DNA of 64,000 bases from Mobula hypostoma (taxonomy: Eukaryota). The notes beneath the pieces are model-generated. The model was not told the origin of the DNA. It saw only the letters and a list, made by a program, of their open reading frames with translations, and searched no databases. The stretch lies in assembly GCF_963921235.1 (NCBI RefSeq), contig NC_086109.1, positions 16,432,001 through 16,496,000 on the forward strand, read 5' to 3'. A program made the translations under genes and the position numbers. Of the stretch, positions 1 to 11,124 are shown one piece after another; position 1 is the first letter of the stretch; each line of letters opens with the position of its first letter.

Positions 1-703
1 GAAAATTTATTATCAGTGAACGTACCATATATGTTACCTTGAGATTCATTTTCTTGCAGGCATTTACAGGAAAAAAGAGTACAAAGGAATTTTGCAAAGA
101 TACTATACATAAACAAAGACTGACAAGTAGCCAGTGTGCAAAAGAAGACAAAGTGTGCAAATAAGCAGACTTTAATGTACCAAATACTTCCCAATGGTCT
201 CAGTGACTGTCATTAAACAGGAAAGGTGGCAACAGTCTATGTTGGAGAAAATAATCAGAGAGAGTGTTTAAGGAAAAGAAGAGGAATGTTTTAGGAATGG
301 AATTCCATAGTGCAGGCAAACGGAGATGTGCTCATCAGCGATTAGAGGATACATTCAAGGAGACCAGCATTACTGGAGTGGAGATGACTCAGAGGAAGAT
401 AAGGCAGTAGATAGGAAGCAGAGGAAGGACTGAGTGGGGTTTGAAAACAAGGGCCAGAATTTTAAAGGGGTGCATTTGTTGAACTGGGGGCCAGCAAGAA
501 AGCCGGACCAGGGATTCATGTGAGTTAACAGAATAATTGGGTCAAATTCCATATCTTGCAGCTGGAAGGATGTTTCTGTCACATCGGGTGCTGCTGCTCA
601 AGAAAATGCTCCGCTAATCAGTTCAGGGGTAATTAGGGAAGCAACCCTAATCTTAGATGACTGAACCTTGTTCCTAATAGTTATAGTTCATAGGTTTACG
701 GAG

Positions 704-1095
704 TCGACACCGGGCCGTGAGCGCCGAGACACCCGGCCGAGGTCGAGCCGACACTGGGTCGTGAGCGCCCAGACACCCGGCCGAGGTCGAGCCGACACCG
801 GGTCGTGAGTGCTGAGACTCCCGTCCGAGGTCGAGCCGACACCGGGTCGTGAGTGCTGAGACTCCCGTCCGAGGTCGAGCCGACACCGGGTCGTGAGTGC
901 TGAGACTCCCGTCCGAGGTCGAGCCGACACCGGGTCGTGAGTGCTGAGACTCCCGTCCGAGGTCGAGCCGACACTGGGTCGTGAGCGCCCAGACACCCGG
1001 CCGAGGTCGAGCCAACACCGGGTCGTGAGCGCCCAGACACCCGGCCGAGGTCGAGCCGACACCGGGTCGTGAGTGCTGAGACTCCCGTCCGAGGC
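704..1095. repeat. GC-rich 44-bp tandem array, about 9 units, two unit variants
   Basis: Unit CCGAGGTCGAGCCGACACCGGGTCGTGAG followed by CGCCCAGACACCCGG or TGCTGAGACTCCCGT. Unit starts at 737, 781, 825, 869, 913, 957, 1001, 1045 and 1089 (partial). Confidence 0.97.
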
Positions 1096-1300
1096 CGCCG
1101 AACTGACACTGGACCTATTATACAGGTATAAGGCGAGGCGCCGGAGGGGGCGAGGCCCGAGGCCTGGAACTGGCCTGCCGCTCGTTGCGACCGCTGCCAC
1201 CCGCCCCCGCCCCCGCCGCCTGGTACGGTCGGGAGCAGCTGCAGGACCCGGCGAAGGTGGAGCAACTAGCGGGCGAAAATAAGTGAGGGGGTGGTGTCAT
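1096..1300 (+). promoter_or_regulatory. CpG-rich promoter-like segment (TATAAG element, GC boxes) between the tandem array and the RTE 5'UTR
   Basis: High CpG density against a CpG-depleted background, TATAAGG at about 1127 and tandem CCCGCCC boxes at about 1200-1220. Function is inferred only. Confidence 0.35.
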
Positions 1301-4300
1301 TACCACACCACTAGGTGATCATCCCAACGGCGGAGCAGGCGGAAGAGGAGACATCTCCCAACGGCTGCAAAGGCGGATGAGGATGTCCAACAATGGGTAG
1401 GGAGGCCTGCGAGCATGCCACAAGAACTGCCGTAGACCCACAACACTCAGGGCTTGTCTGCCTAGCGTGTGTTGCCTGGATTCGGTGGACTGCGCGGAAG
1501 AAACCATCATTGGTTCAACGGGCAGAAAGGCGATTCTCAGCAATGCGTCGTGGAGCGCTAAGAGGGCACAGTGAGACACACAGAACACTGCTGGCCATCC
1601 ACTGCATCCTGACCTATCTCCAGCCGTCTCGACTATGTCTTGCCACTGGGTCCAGATAGGCCGGGACGAGAGAGTGAGGCTGACGACCTGCACAACTCTC
1701 CTTCACTTTAATCCAAGTCAAGCGCAAGTCATGACTTCAAACCCAACGCGGAAGAAAGTGATGGTGCTCAACCTTGGCACATGGAACGTGAGAACTCTGC
1801 GAGATAACATCAAGGCAGACAGACCAGAGAGAAGAACTGCACTGGTTGCAAAAGAGCTAGCTGGCTACAACGTGGACATAGCAGCTCTCAGCGAAACACG
1901 CCTAGCAGACAAGGGCCAGCTGACAGAACGTAGTGGTGGATACACGTTCTTCTGGAGCGGTCGCAGCAGCGCTGAACGACAAGAAGCAGGCGTGGGATTT
2001 GCCATCAATTCTAACCTCGCCCGTAAACTCACCAAGCACCCAGAGAGCATCAACGACCGCCTGATGAGACTTCAGCTCCCACTTGCAAACAAGAAGAGTG
2101 CTACGCTGATTAGTGCCTACGCTCCCACCATGACCAACCCAGATGACATTAAAGACAAGTTCTATGAAGAACTCGACGCCCTCATCTCAGCAATCCCACA
2201 GTCAGAGAAGCTCATCATTCTCGGGGACTTCAATGCCAGAGTAGGGACAGACTACCAGACCTGGGAAGGGATCATTGGAAGACACGGCACTGGCAAGTGT
2301 AACAACAACGGCCTTCTGCTCCTCAAGACGTGTGCCACACACGACCTTGTCATCACCAACACCCTGTTCCGCTTACCCACCCGTAAGAAGACGTCAATGG
2401 ATGCACCCACGCTCAAAGCACTGGCATCTGATTGACTACATCATCACCAGGAAGAGGGACAGGATGGATGTCAGAGTGACGAGAGCCATGTGTGGTGCCA
2501 ACTGCTGGACCGACCACCGCCTCATTGTGTCCAAGTTCAGGCTTCGCATTCTGCCCATGAGAAGACCCCAAGGGCAGAAGACTGCAAAGAGGTTGAATGT
2601 CTCCAAGCTGAAAAGCAGCAGGGTTGCAGAAGAATTCGTCGATGACCTTGAAGGCAGACTGCCAGACACACCACAGGAAGATGGGACCAGCGTTGAGGAA
2701 CAGTGGACGGCCTTCAGAGACGCTGTCTACACTACCGCCCTCGAACATCTCGGACCAGCAACCCGAAGAAACCAAGACTGGTTCGATGAGAATGATGAAG
2801 AAATACAAGCACTACTAACGGAGAAACATCAATATTACAGAGCGCATCAGAACGACCCCACGTCGCTAGCCAAGAAAGATGCCTTTACCAACGCAAGAAG
2901 AAAGGTGCAGAAAAAACTTTGTGAGATGCAGGACAGCTGGTTCAGCAAGAAGGCCGATGAAATCCAGGGCTATGCAGACAGCCACGACATAAAGCGCTTC
3001 TACGATGCGCTTAAGGCTGTATACGGACCCCAGTCCTCCGGCTCCTCACCCCTCCTCAACACAGATGAGACGCAGCTGCTGACAGAGAAGAAGCAGATTC
3101 TGGATCGGTGGGCTGAGCACTTTAACAACGTCCTTAACTGCCCTGCCGACATCAATGACGAGGCCATTGCCAGCCTGCCCCAGGTAGAGATCAACAAGAA
3201 CCTCGACACCCTCCCCACAGTAGATGAAGTCAGGAAGGCAGTGAAGCAACTCTCCTGTGGCAAAGCGCCAGGACCCGATGCAATCCCTGCTGAGGTATAC
3301 AAAGCAGGAGGCCCTGTCATGATGCAAAAGCTGACTGTACTTTTCCAGTCCATGTGGAAAAAGGGACAGGTCCCGCAACAGCTGAAAGATGCCAGCATAG
3401 TCCACATCTACAAGAGGAAAGGCAACTGCCAGTCTTGCGACAACCACCGAGGCATCTCCCTTTTGTCCATTGCGGGAAAGATTCTGGCCCGTGTCCTGCT
3501 CAACCGCCTTCTCCAACATCTTGAGCAAGGTCTGCTCCCAGAAAGCCAGTGCGGCTTCCGTGCTGAACGTGGGACCGCGGACATGATTTTTCGCTGCGTG
3601 CCAACTCCAGGAAAAATGCCAGGAGCAACACAGCGACCTCTTCGTGACCTTTGTCGATCTAACCAAGGCTTTCGATACGGTCAGCAGAGAAGGCTTGTGG
3701 AAGATCATGGAGAAGTTTGGCTGCCCCAGCAAGTTCATCGCAATCGTCCGGCAGTTCCACGACGGTATGATGGTGAAAGTTCTGGATGACGGCGATGAGT
3801 CGGAGGCCTTCCCAGTGACAAATGGCGTCAAACAAGGCTGCGTTCTTGCCCCGACTCTGTTCAGTATGGTATTCTCTGCCATGCTGACAGATGCCTTCCA
3901 TAACTACGAAGAAGGAATCCACGTCAGATACAGGACTGACGGCAGGTTGTTCAACCTTAGGCGCTTGCAGGCAGTTACAAAGGTGCAAGAGACTGTCTTC
4001 GGAGACTTGTTGTTTGCTGATGACTGCGCACTCAACGCCAGCACAGAGCAGGAGATGCAGCGTGAAATGGACTGCTTCTCACAAGCCTGCGACAACTTCA
4101 GCACCAAAAAGACCGAAGTTATGTACCAGCCTGCCCCAGGAAAGCCATACCAGGAGCCGTGCATTACAGTGAAGGGCCAGAACCTCCAGGCAGCCGACAA
4201 CTTCACCTACCAGGGCAGCATACTCTCTCGTGCAGTGAACATAGACGCTGAGGTCAACAACAGGATTGCCAAAGCCAGCGCTGCCTTTGAGAGACTCCGT

Positions 4301-5017
4301 GAGAACGTCTGGGAGCGGAGAGGACTCAGCTTTACCACCAAGCTGAAGATCTACTGTGCAGTGGTCCTTACCACCTTCCTTTACACCAGCGAGACCTGGA
4401 CTGTCTACAGCAGACACGCCAAACAGCTCAACCATTTTCATCTGAGCTGTCTCCGCAGACTCCTCCACATCAGATGGCAGGACAAAGTTCCCGACACGGA
4501 AATCCTGGAACGAGCTGGGCTCTGCAGCGTCTACACCCTCCTGCTGAAAGCCCAAGCCAGGTGGGCTGGACATGTGGTCAGAATGCCAGACAGCCGATTG
4601 CCTAAGCAGCTGCTGTACTGAGAACTGTGTCAGGGCAAGCGCTCAGTCGGGGGGCAGAAGAAACGTTACAAAGACTGCCTGAAAGCGTCCAGCAAAGGCC
4701 TGGGTGTCGACATCAACACGTGGGAGACGCTTGCCCTCGACCGTCCAGCTTGGCGCAGCAAGATCACCACAGGAGCCCGTGCAGCTGAAGTCAGACGCAT
4801 CATCGAGGCGCAACGAAAGCGTGCTGTGCACAAGGCCCGAGCAGCATCCACTGCCACGACAGCACCCACCCACTTGTGTCCCACATGTGGGTGAGCCTTC
4901 AGGGCCTGGATTGGCCTCATCAGTCACCTCCGGACCCACAGCCACCAATCTCCCATTTGACTTTGAAGCCATGGTCATCTTCGACTACGAAGGATGAACA
5001 ACAGCAACAAACAACAA
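1300..5017 (+). mobile_element. Near full-length RTE-clade LINE retrotransposon (defective)
   Basis: APE endonuclease motifs (LGTWNVRTL, DIAALSETR, SAYAPT, ILGDFNARVG, LIDYII, TDH), RT motifs (FVDLTKAFDTV, GVKQGCVLAP, LLFADD), C-terminal CPTCG..HLRTH finger and a (CAA)n tail at about 4997-5017. The 5' boundary is uncertain. Confidence 0.95.
1731..4950 (+). pseudogene. RTE endonuclease/reverse transcriptase ORF, disrupted
   Basis: ORF pieces 1635-2435, 2275-3789 and 3644-4621 join through frameshifts at about 2397 and 3590. In-frame TGA codons occur at 4619 and 4892. Confidence 0.92.
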
Positions 5018-7206
5018 TTAGAGATGGACTTGCTGGTGATCTCCATCTCCCCAAAGTATCATGAAGAAGAAATTACTCCAGTGGTTAAATCTCATGGGGC
5101 TCTTTCTTTCTCACAGACAGCTTTCCTTACTCGATAAGCCTTTACAAGTCTTTATTGTCTTGTGGCATCCCTGAGGCCCCCGTGCAGCATTACTTCATTA
5201 TCAGGCTTCTGTGGTGTTGATCATTTACTCAGGGATGCTGGATCAGGAGTTGTGACAACACAGTCTCCGCCAGTACAGTTATTCTGCTTTTTGTCATTAT
5301 GTAGAATTATCATTTGCTTCTTGATTTTGTTTATCTTCTCATTCTTTCCTTGAAAGAGGAAGAAAACTAGAGTTAAAAATACGAGTGGACTAAGATGTTA
5401 GCTGTCCTGTGCTATCAACATAAATACAAGCCAGATGTTCCATGGTTACTTGTTAAGAGGTCAGAATGTGTATATTGGAGACCTAAACTGGCAAGAGGCC
5501 AGTAGCTCAGGGTTGTACATGCAGACTGACTGTTCACTAACTCCTACTGATCTAATCATTTTACTTAAATTATTGCAATTCAGGACATTTGGCCCAAAAA
5601 ACCCTCTTCTGCCTCTTGGAAAATGATATGCAATTATTCCCACTCTAGCTGGCATCCCTGTAGCCCTGCAAACTTCTTCTTAAAGCATCTGAAGAATCTC
5701 TTGTGTTATTCCTTCTGAAATTTTTATCCGATTTCCTTTTGAAAGTTCATAAACAACTCGCTGCATCAGAAAATCTGCTGGAGGAACTCGGTGGGTCAAG
5801 AACTATCTTCCTGTGTCCTGTTACAGGGTTTCAACTGAAAATGTCAACAATCACTGACCACTGAACTCTTCCAGCAGGTAGTATGTTGCTCCAGATCCTA
5901 GCATCTGCAGTCTCTTGTGTCTCTGATAACAAATGCCATTTTAAAAAAAAGTATTCTCTCCCTTTCTTATCCACTTATTCAAAAAACTTAAATCAGCGTC
6001 CCTCCCCCCGTTAAACTTAGAAAAACCCATCATAATTTTAAACATGTTCGTATTTAGTATTTAATTAATTAAATGTGCTAATAATTAAACAATTATTTTA
6101 ATTTGTGTCTTTTAAATGTTTATATATTCAGACGCATATGTTTAATATAATTTATATTATATAAATATCATAAAATATTTATGTATTATAACATTTATTA
6201 CAAAATTTAAAAAATGAATAATCAGTAAAAATAATAAAATAATTAAGCATGTTGATGTGTAATAATAATGAGATATGTTTGTGCAATCACACAGAGAAAC
6301 CCAAATGGGAGGGAACAGGGAGAAAGCCAAATAAAGCTGTTTTTTATTGAACCAAAATGAAAGTGGTATTTTATTTTCCCAATTCTTAGAAAAACAAATT
6401 TCAAAGACAGGCACTCTGTTCGGACACTGAACATCCAAACAGTGGGAACATGTTGTTCTGGTTCTGCTACCAAACAAAGTGCCATTGTTGGAATGAGCAT
6501 TTGTCAGAATGTCAGAAGGCACTGCTGTTACACGAGTTGTATTCAATGGCATCTAGTGGGCGTCTTCTGCTGGCGTGATAATGCCGTCAGTACTGAGTCC
6601 ATGTTATAGACACAGGATGGAAGTAGCAGATTAAGGCTCTGTGGATTTGTCAGGTCTCCCCTCACCCTTGCACCATTGGCTGCTCAGCATGCCGGTCAGT
6701 GTAGTTCCCCATCCTCTCTCAGCCATTTGGAAAGTGAAAAGACTCTGTCACGCCCTGATATTTTTTCCCCTTTCTGGATCATGCAGTCAGCAACTGATCA
6801 TCAATTTCAGGAGATTTCAGCCAAACAAGAATGGTTGTCAATATTTCAACAACACCAAGAGGACTTCAAAACAGAAGTAATGTATAACTTAAACCCATTG
6901 GGTTTTTGAAGAAGGTGACAAAGATGATTGATGAGGGTAGCGGGTGGATGTTTTATACATGGACTTTGTAACAGCCTTCCACAAGGTCCAACGTGGTATG
7001 CTGATCCAGAAGATTACAGCACAAGGGATCCATAGATTGGGTTCAAAATTGGCCTGGCCATACACAACGGAGAGTAGTAGAGGAGGGGTGTTATTCTGAC
7101 TGGAGGTATGTGATCCGTGCTGTTCCACAAAGATTAATGCTGGGACCTCTGTTTGTGATTTACATATAAATGCTTTGGATGAAAATGTAAATGAGGTGAT
7201 TAGTAG

Positions 7207-7992
7207 AGTGACACCGTAATGTAGCGGTTTGTGTAACGCTTAAAGGCTGATTTATACTTGTGCATCAAATCGACGTCATAGGTACGGCATAGCTGCAAAC
7301 CCTACGCAGATCCCTACACCGTAGCCTGACGTGCACCTCTCCCAAAATGTAACTACGCATCGCGGCAACGCAGACCACAACAATTGTGATTGGTCCGCTT
7401 GGTAGCATCGCATTTCCTCCTACACTGCAATAGTTTCCCATTGGGCGACTGAAGGGCAGGGAAGGAACTCTGGCTGCAATGCTTTCCATAAAGCTTTACA
7501 GACCTCCGAAATTATGGAGGACACATTTAGCTTTTACGAAAAAAGACGCTTGTTTTAAACTTGTTTACCCTGAGAAAGGCTACCATGACCATGAAGCTTT
7601 GCCCGGGCAGATGTGTGCGCATGCATGATGTGCACATGTGTGTACGTGCCCAAATTGCAGAGCTGCGCAGACACACCAACGCACAAGTATAAATCAGCCT
7701 TTACGGTGCCAGCGATCCGAAAGTCAGGGTTCGCTTCTCCCCACTGTCTGTAAGGGCTTTCTCCTCATGGTCACTTGGGTTTCCTCTGAGTGTTCCAGGT
7801 TCCTCACCCATTCCAAAGAACAGATGAGTTATGGTTAATAAGTGTTGGGCATGCTTTGTTAGCGTTGGAAGCATGGTGAGATTTGCGGGCTGCCCCCAGC
7901 ACATCCTCAGGCAATGTTGTTTGTTGACACAAATGATGCCTTTCACCGTATGTTTTAATGTTTCAATGTGCATGTAACAATTTAAGCTAATC
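7207..7992 (+). mobile_element. tRNA-derived V-domain SINE interrupted by a MITE
   Basis: tRNA-like head, V-domain-like gggtttcctctgagtgttccaggttcctcacccattccaaaga and a tail shared with copies at about 51915 and 55930. Confidence 0.75.
7244..7700. mobile_element. Non-autonomous DNA transposon (MITE), possibly PIF/Harbinger-type
   Basis: Perfect 20-bp TIRs AGGCTGATTTATACTTGTGC / GCACAAGTATAAATCAGCCT, flanked by TAA and TTA. No ORF; superfamily assignment is tentative. Confidence 0.85.
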
Positions 7993-8616
7993 TCTTTTGG
8001 GAGTTTGTATACTACATAAAAATTGATGGAATTGTGAAAGATTATCAGAAGATTTAATGGCATATAAACCAGTTGTAAATGTGAGTTGAGAAATGGCAAC
8101 TGGGCCAGTGTGAGGTGATGCACTTTGGAGGCCAATTGTAACTAACATAGTACTGTAAATGGCATGACCCTAAGGGTCATTGATGTACAGAGGGAGATTG
8201 GTAGCACAGTAAAGAAGATAAATGGCAAGCTCGGGAAAAGAGTTAACAGTCGACATTTTGGACTGAAACTTTTCTTCTGGAAGAAGAATCTCAGCCCGAA
8301 ACGTTGACTGTTTACTCTTTTCCATAGATGCTTCCCAACCTTCTGAGTTCCTCCAGAATTTTGTGTATGTTGCTTTGGATTTCCAGCATCTACAGATTTT
8401 CTTGTGTTTCAAATGGCATATTTGACAGGATACTGAGTATAAGAGAAGGGAATTCCTGTTGCAGCTGGGTAAAACTTTTGGAATATTGCCAGATTTGGAA
8501 AGTTGCATGCATGACAGGAAGGATGTAGACACTTTGGAAAGGGTGCAGAAGTGGTTCACTAGGATGTTGCCTGGACGAGGGATTGCTAGCTACGAGCAGA
8601 GGTTGAATAAAGCTAA

Positions 8617-9062
8617 GCAACACACACAAAATGCTGGGGGAACTCAGCAGGTCAGGCAGCATCCATGGAAATGAATAAACAGTTGAAGTTTTGGGCTGAA
8701 ACCCTTCTTTAGCACCAGAAAGGGAGGGGGATAATACCAGAAGAAAAAGCTGGGGTGAAAGGAATGAGGATAACTAGAAGGTGATAGGTGAAGCCAGGTA
8801 AGTAGGAAAAGTAATGGTCTGGAGGGGAAAGAATCTGATAGGAGAGGAGAGTGGACTGCAGAAGAAAGTGAAGGAGGAGGGCCACCAGGAGGAGGTAATA
8901 GGCAGGTGAGAAGAGGTAAGAGGCCACAGTGGGAAATAGAAGAGAGGAGGTGGAGGGAAAAATATTTTTACTGGAAGGAGAAATTGATAATCATGCTATC
9001 AAGTTGGAGGCTACCCAGACTGTATATCAGGTGTTGCTTCCCCACCCTGAGGATGGCCTCTT
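8617..9062 (-). mobile_element. Penelope-like element 3' fragment
   Basis: Reverse complement of the end of the GIY-YIG ORF (QHLIYSLGSLQLDSMIINFS) plus the pyrimidine-rich 3' region and terminus seen at 63300-63782. Confidence 0.85.
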
Positions 9063-9089
9063 CTTTAGAAAACCTAGATTGTTTTCTCT

Positions 9090-9097
<8 letters not shown>

Positions 9098-9124
<27 letters not shown>

Positions 9125-9591
9125 CGTCCTTCGTAGTCGAAGATGACCATGGCTTCAAAGTCAAATGGGAGATTGGTGGCTGTGGGTTGGGAGGTGACTG
9201 ATGAGGCCAATCCAGGCCCTGAAGGCTCACTCACATGTGGGACACAAATGGGTGGGTACTGTCGTGGCAGTGGATGCTGCTCGGGCCTTGCGCACAGCAC
9301 GCTTTCGTTGCACCTCGATGATGCGCCTGACTTCAGCTGCACGGGCTCCTGTGGTGATCTTGCTGCGCCAAGCTGGACGGTCGAGGGCAAGCGTCTCCCA
9401 CGTGTTGATGTCCACACCCAGGCCTTTGAGGGACGCTTTGAGGCAGTCTTTGTAACGTTTCTTCTGCCCCCCGACTGAGCGCTTGCCCTGACACAGTTCT
9501 CCGTACAGCAGCTGCTTAGGCAATCAGCTGTCTGGCATTCTGACCACATGTCCAGCCCACCTGGCTTGGGCTTTCAGCAGGAGGGTGTAGG
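9098..9591 (-). mobile_element. 5'-truncated copy of the same RTE family, inserted in a CR1 fragment
   Basis: Near-identical reverse complement of about 4532-5000, with a (TTG)n tail. 11-bp TSD TCTGGAGCATT at 9087-9097 and 9592-9602. Confidence 0.95.
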
Positions 9592-11124
9592 TCTGGAGCA
9601 TTAAAGGCTGAGGGGCAACCTGATAGAACTTAATAAAATTACGAGACACATTAATAAGGTAGATTGAGTTCTTTCCCCAGGGTGGAATTGCTAGGGTCAT
9701 TGCTTTAAGGAGAGAGGGGGAAAGTTTAAAGGAAATTTATGAAGCAGTACTTGACAGAGTGTGCTAAGTGTCTGGAATGTGCTAAACGTGTTGGAAACAG
9801 ATTTGATAGTAATGTTGAAGAGGCATTCAGATGGGCACATGAACCAGCAAGACACAGAGCGTTATGGATCATGTGCAGGCAAATGGGATTAGTCATAATA
9901 GCATTGTGTCAGCACAGACATAGTGAGCTGGAGGGCCTTTTCCTGTCTTGTACTGCTCCATGTTTATATAATGAACAAACCTTACAGAGAGTAACACTGT
10001 TTCGTTTGGCTGTGTTCACGCATATTCGTGTATGGTTGAATGACAATTAACCTGAATTAAATTGAATTGAGAGAGCTGCTATCAAAAATTCTAATCTCAA
10101 ATATAAACATGCTGGACATTCTATTTTAATGACTTTGGTCCAAGAATAAACATTCTAGCTAGTAGTCTATGTACATCAGTCTGAGATGTCCATGGGTAGA
10201 GGTTTGGAATCTTTACTGCTTCTGAAATTATAATACGACCATCGCCAAAGAACTGCTCAGAGGTGCTGCCCTGACGCACTTGTCCACTCTCTTGTAATAG
10301 AATTGCGCAAGGTTTTTTATTTATTCAGCAGAGAAAAGGTTACTTGGTGTGTAACTTCATGGGATGCCTGTTCATTCAGTGGGGTTACTCACTGTGTAAC
10401 TGTATAAGCTTCATGCTTATTCAAGGTAAAGATTAATAGGCAGGGAGCAGGACGGTACTCTTTATTCAGCACTGCGTGCGTGTATGTGGTACATGTTACA
10501 TCAGTTGCAATTAATTGCTGTTTTATCACTATAAATTGGTTCTTTGACTGACTACCCTCTGGGTAACAGCTTGTTCAGTGTGAAACTTGCTAAAGAAGTA
10601 CTTTGTTGAAACCATAAGCCTCTCTTTCATTTAATCAAAGTATTCTAGCTGCAACACGTTTTCAATATTTATTTATTATTATTTTGATTTTTAAAATTAT
10701 TTTGTACTTGCACAATTTGTTATATTTTGCACATTGATTGTTTGTCCATCTTTGTTGTCTGCAGTTTCTTATTGACTCTATTGTGTTTCTTAGTATTTAC
10801 TGTGAACACAGACATGAAAAATTAATTTCAGGGCTGTATACATATGTGCATTGATGATAAAATTTACTTTGAACTTTGCTAGTTGATATTACCAGCTATT
10901 TTATCATTCTCTTAGAAGGAGATATTGAAATGGGTTACCATTATGTTAAGTAATGGTTATTCAACTGTGCACGTGTTGATTGCCATATAACAGGATAGAA
11001 CTGATGCAGGTTCAGCAAGGCAGCTCTTTATTCAGTAGTGATTGGGTTACTGACAGCTTAACTGTATAGAGTCACTTCTTGGTGGGGGGAGGGTTACCCG
11101 CTGTAATAAAACAAAACAATAAAA

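Larger units (their letters stand above)
6880..9965 (+). mobile_element. Old degenerate CR1 LINE 3' region, broken up by nested SINE, MITE, Penelope and RTE insertions
   Basis: CR1 RT-like remnants (ggactttgtaacagccttccacaaggtcca; ttggaaagggtgcagaagtggttcactaggatgttgcctgga; ctgaggggcaacctgataga) are colinear with the CR1 at 39289-42172. Confidence 0.75.

Noticed and set aside
704..1095. CRISPR-like appearance (constant 29-bp block plus a variable 15-bp block) and overlapping 114-189 aa ORFs
   Set aside because: The variable parts are only two recurring variants, not unique spacers. The context is eukaryotic with no cas genes, and the ORFs are just stop-free translations of a GC-rich repeat.
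6030..6260. Extremely AT-rich tract
   Set aside because: Low-complexity sequence with no discernible periodicity, termini or coding signal.
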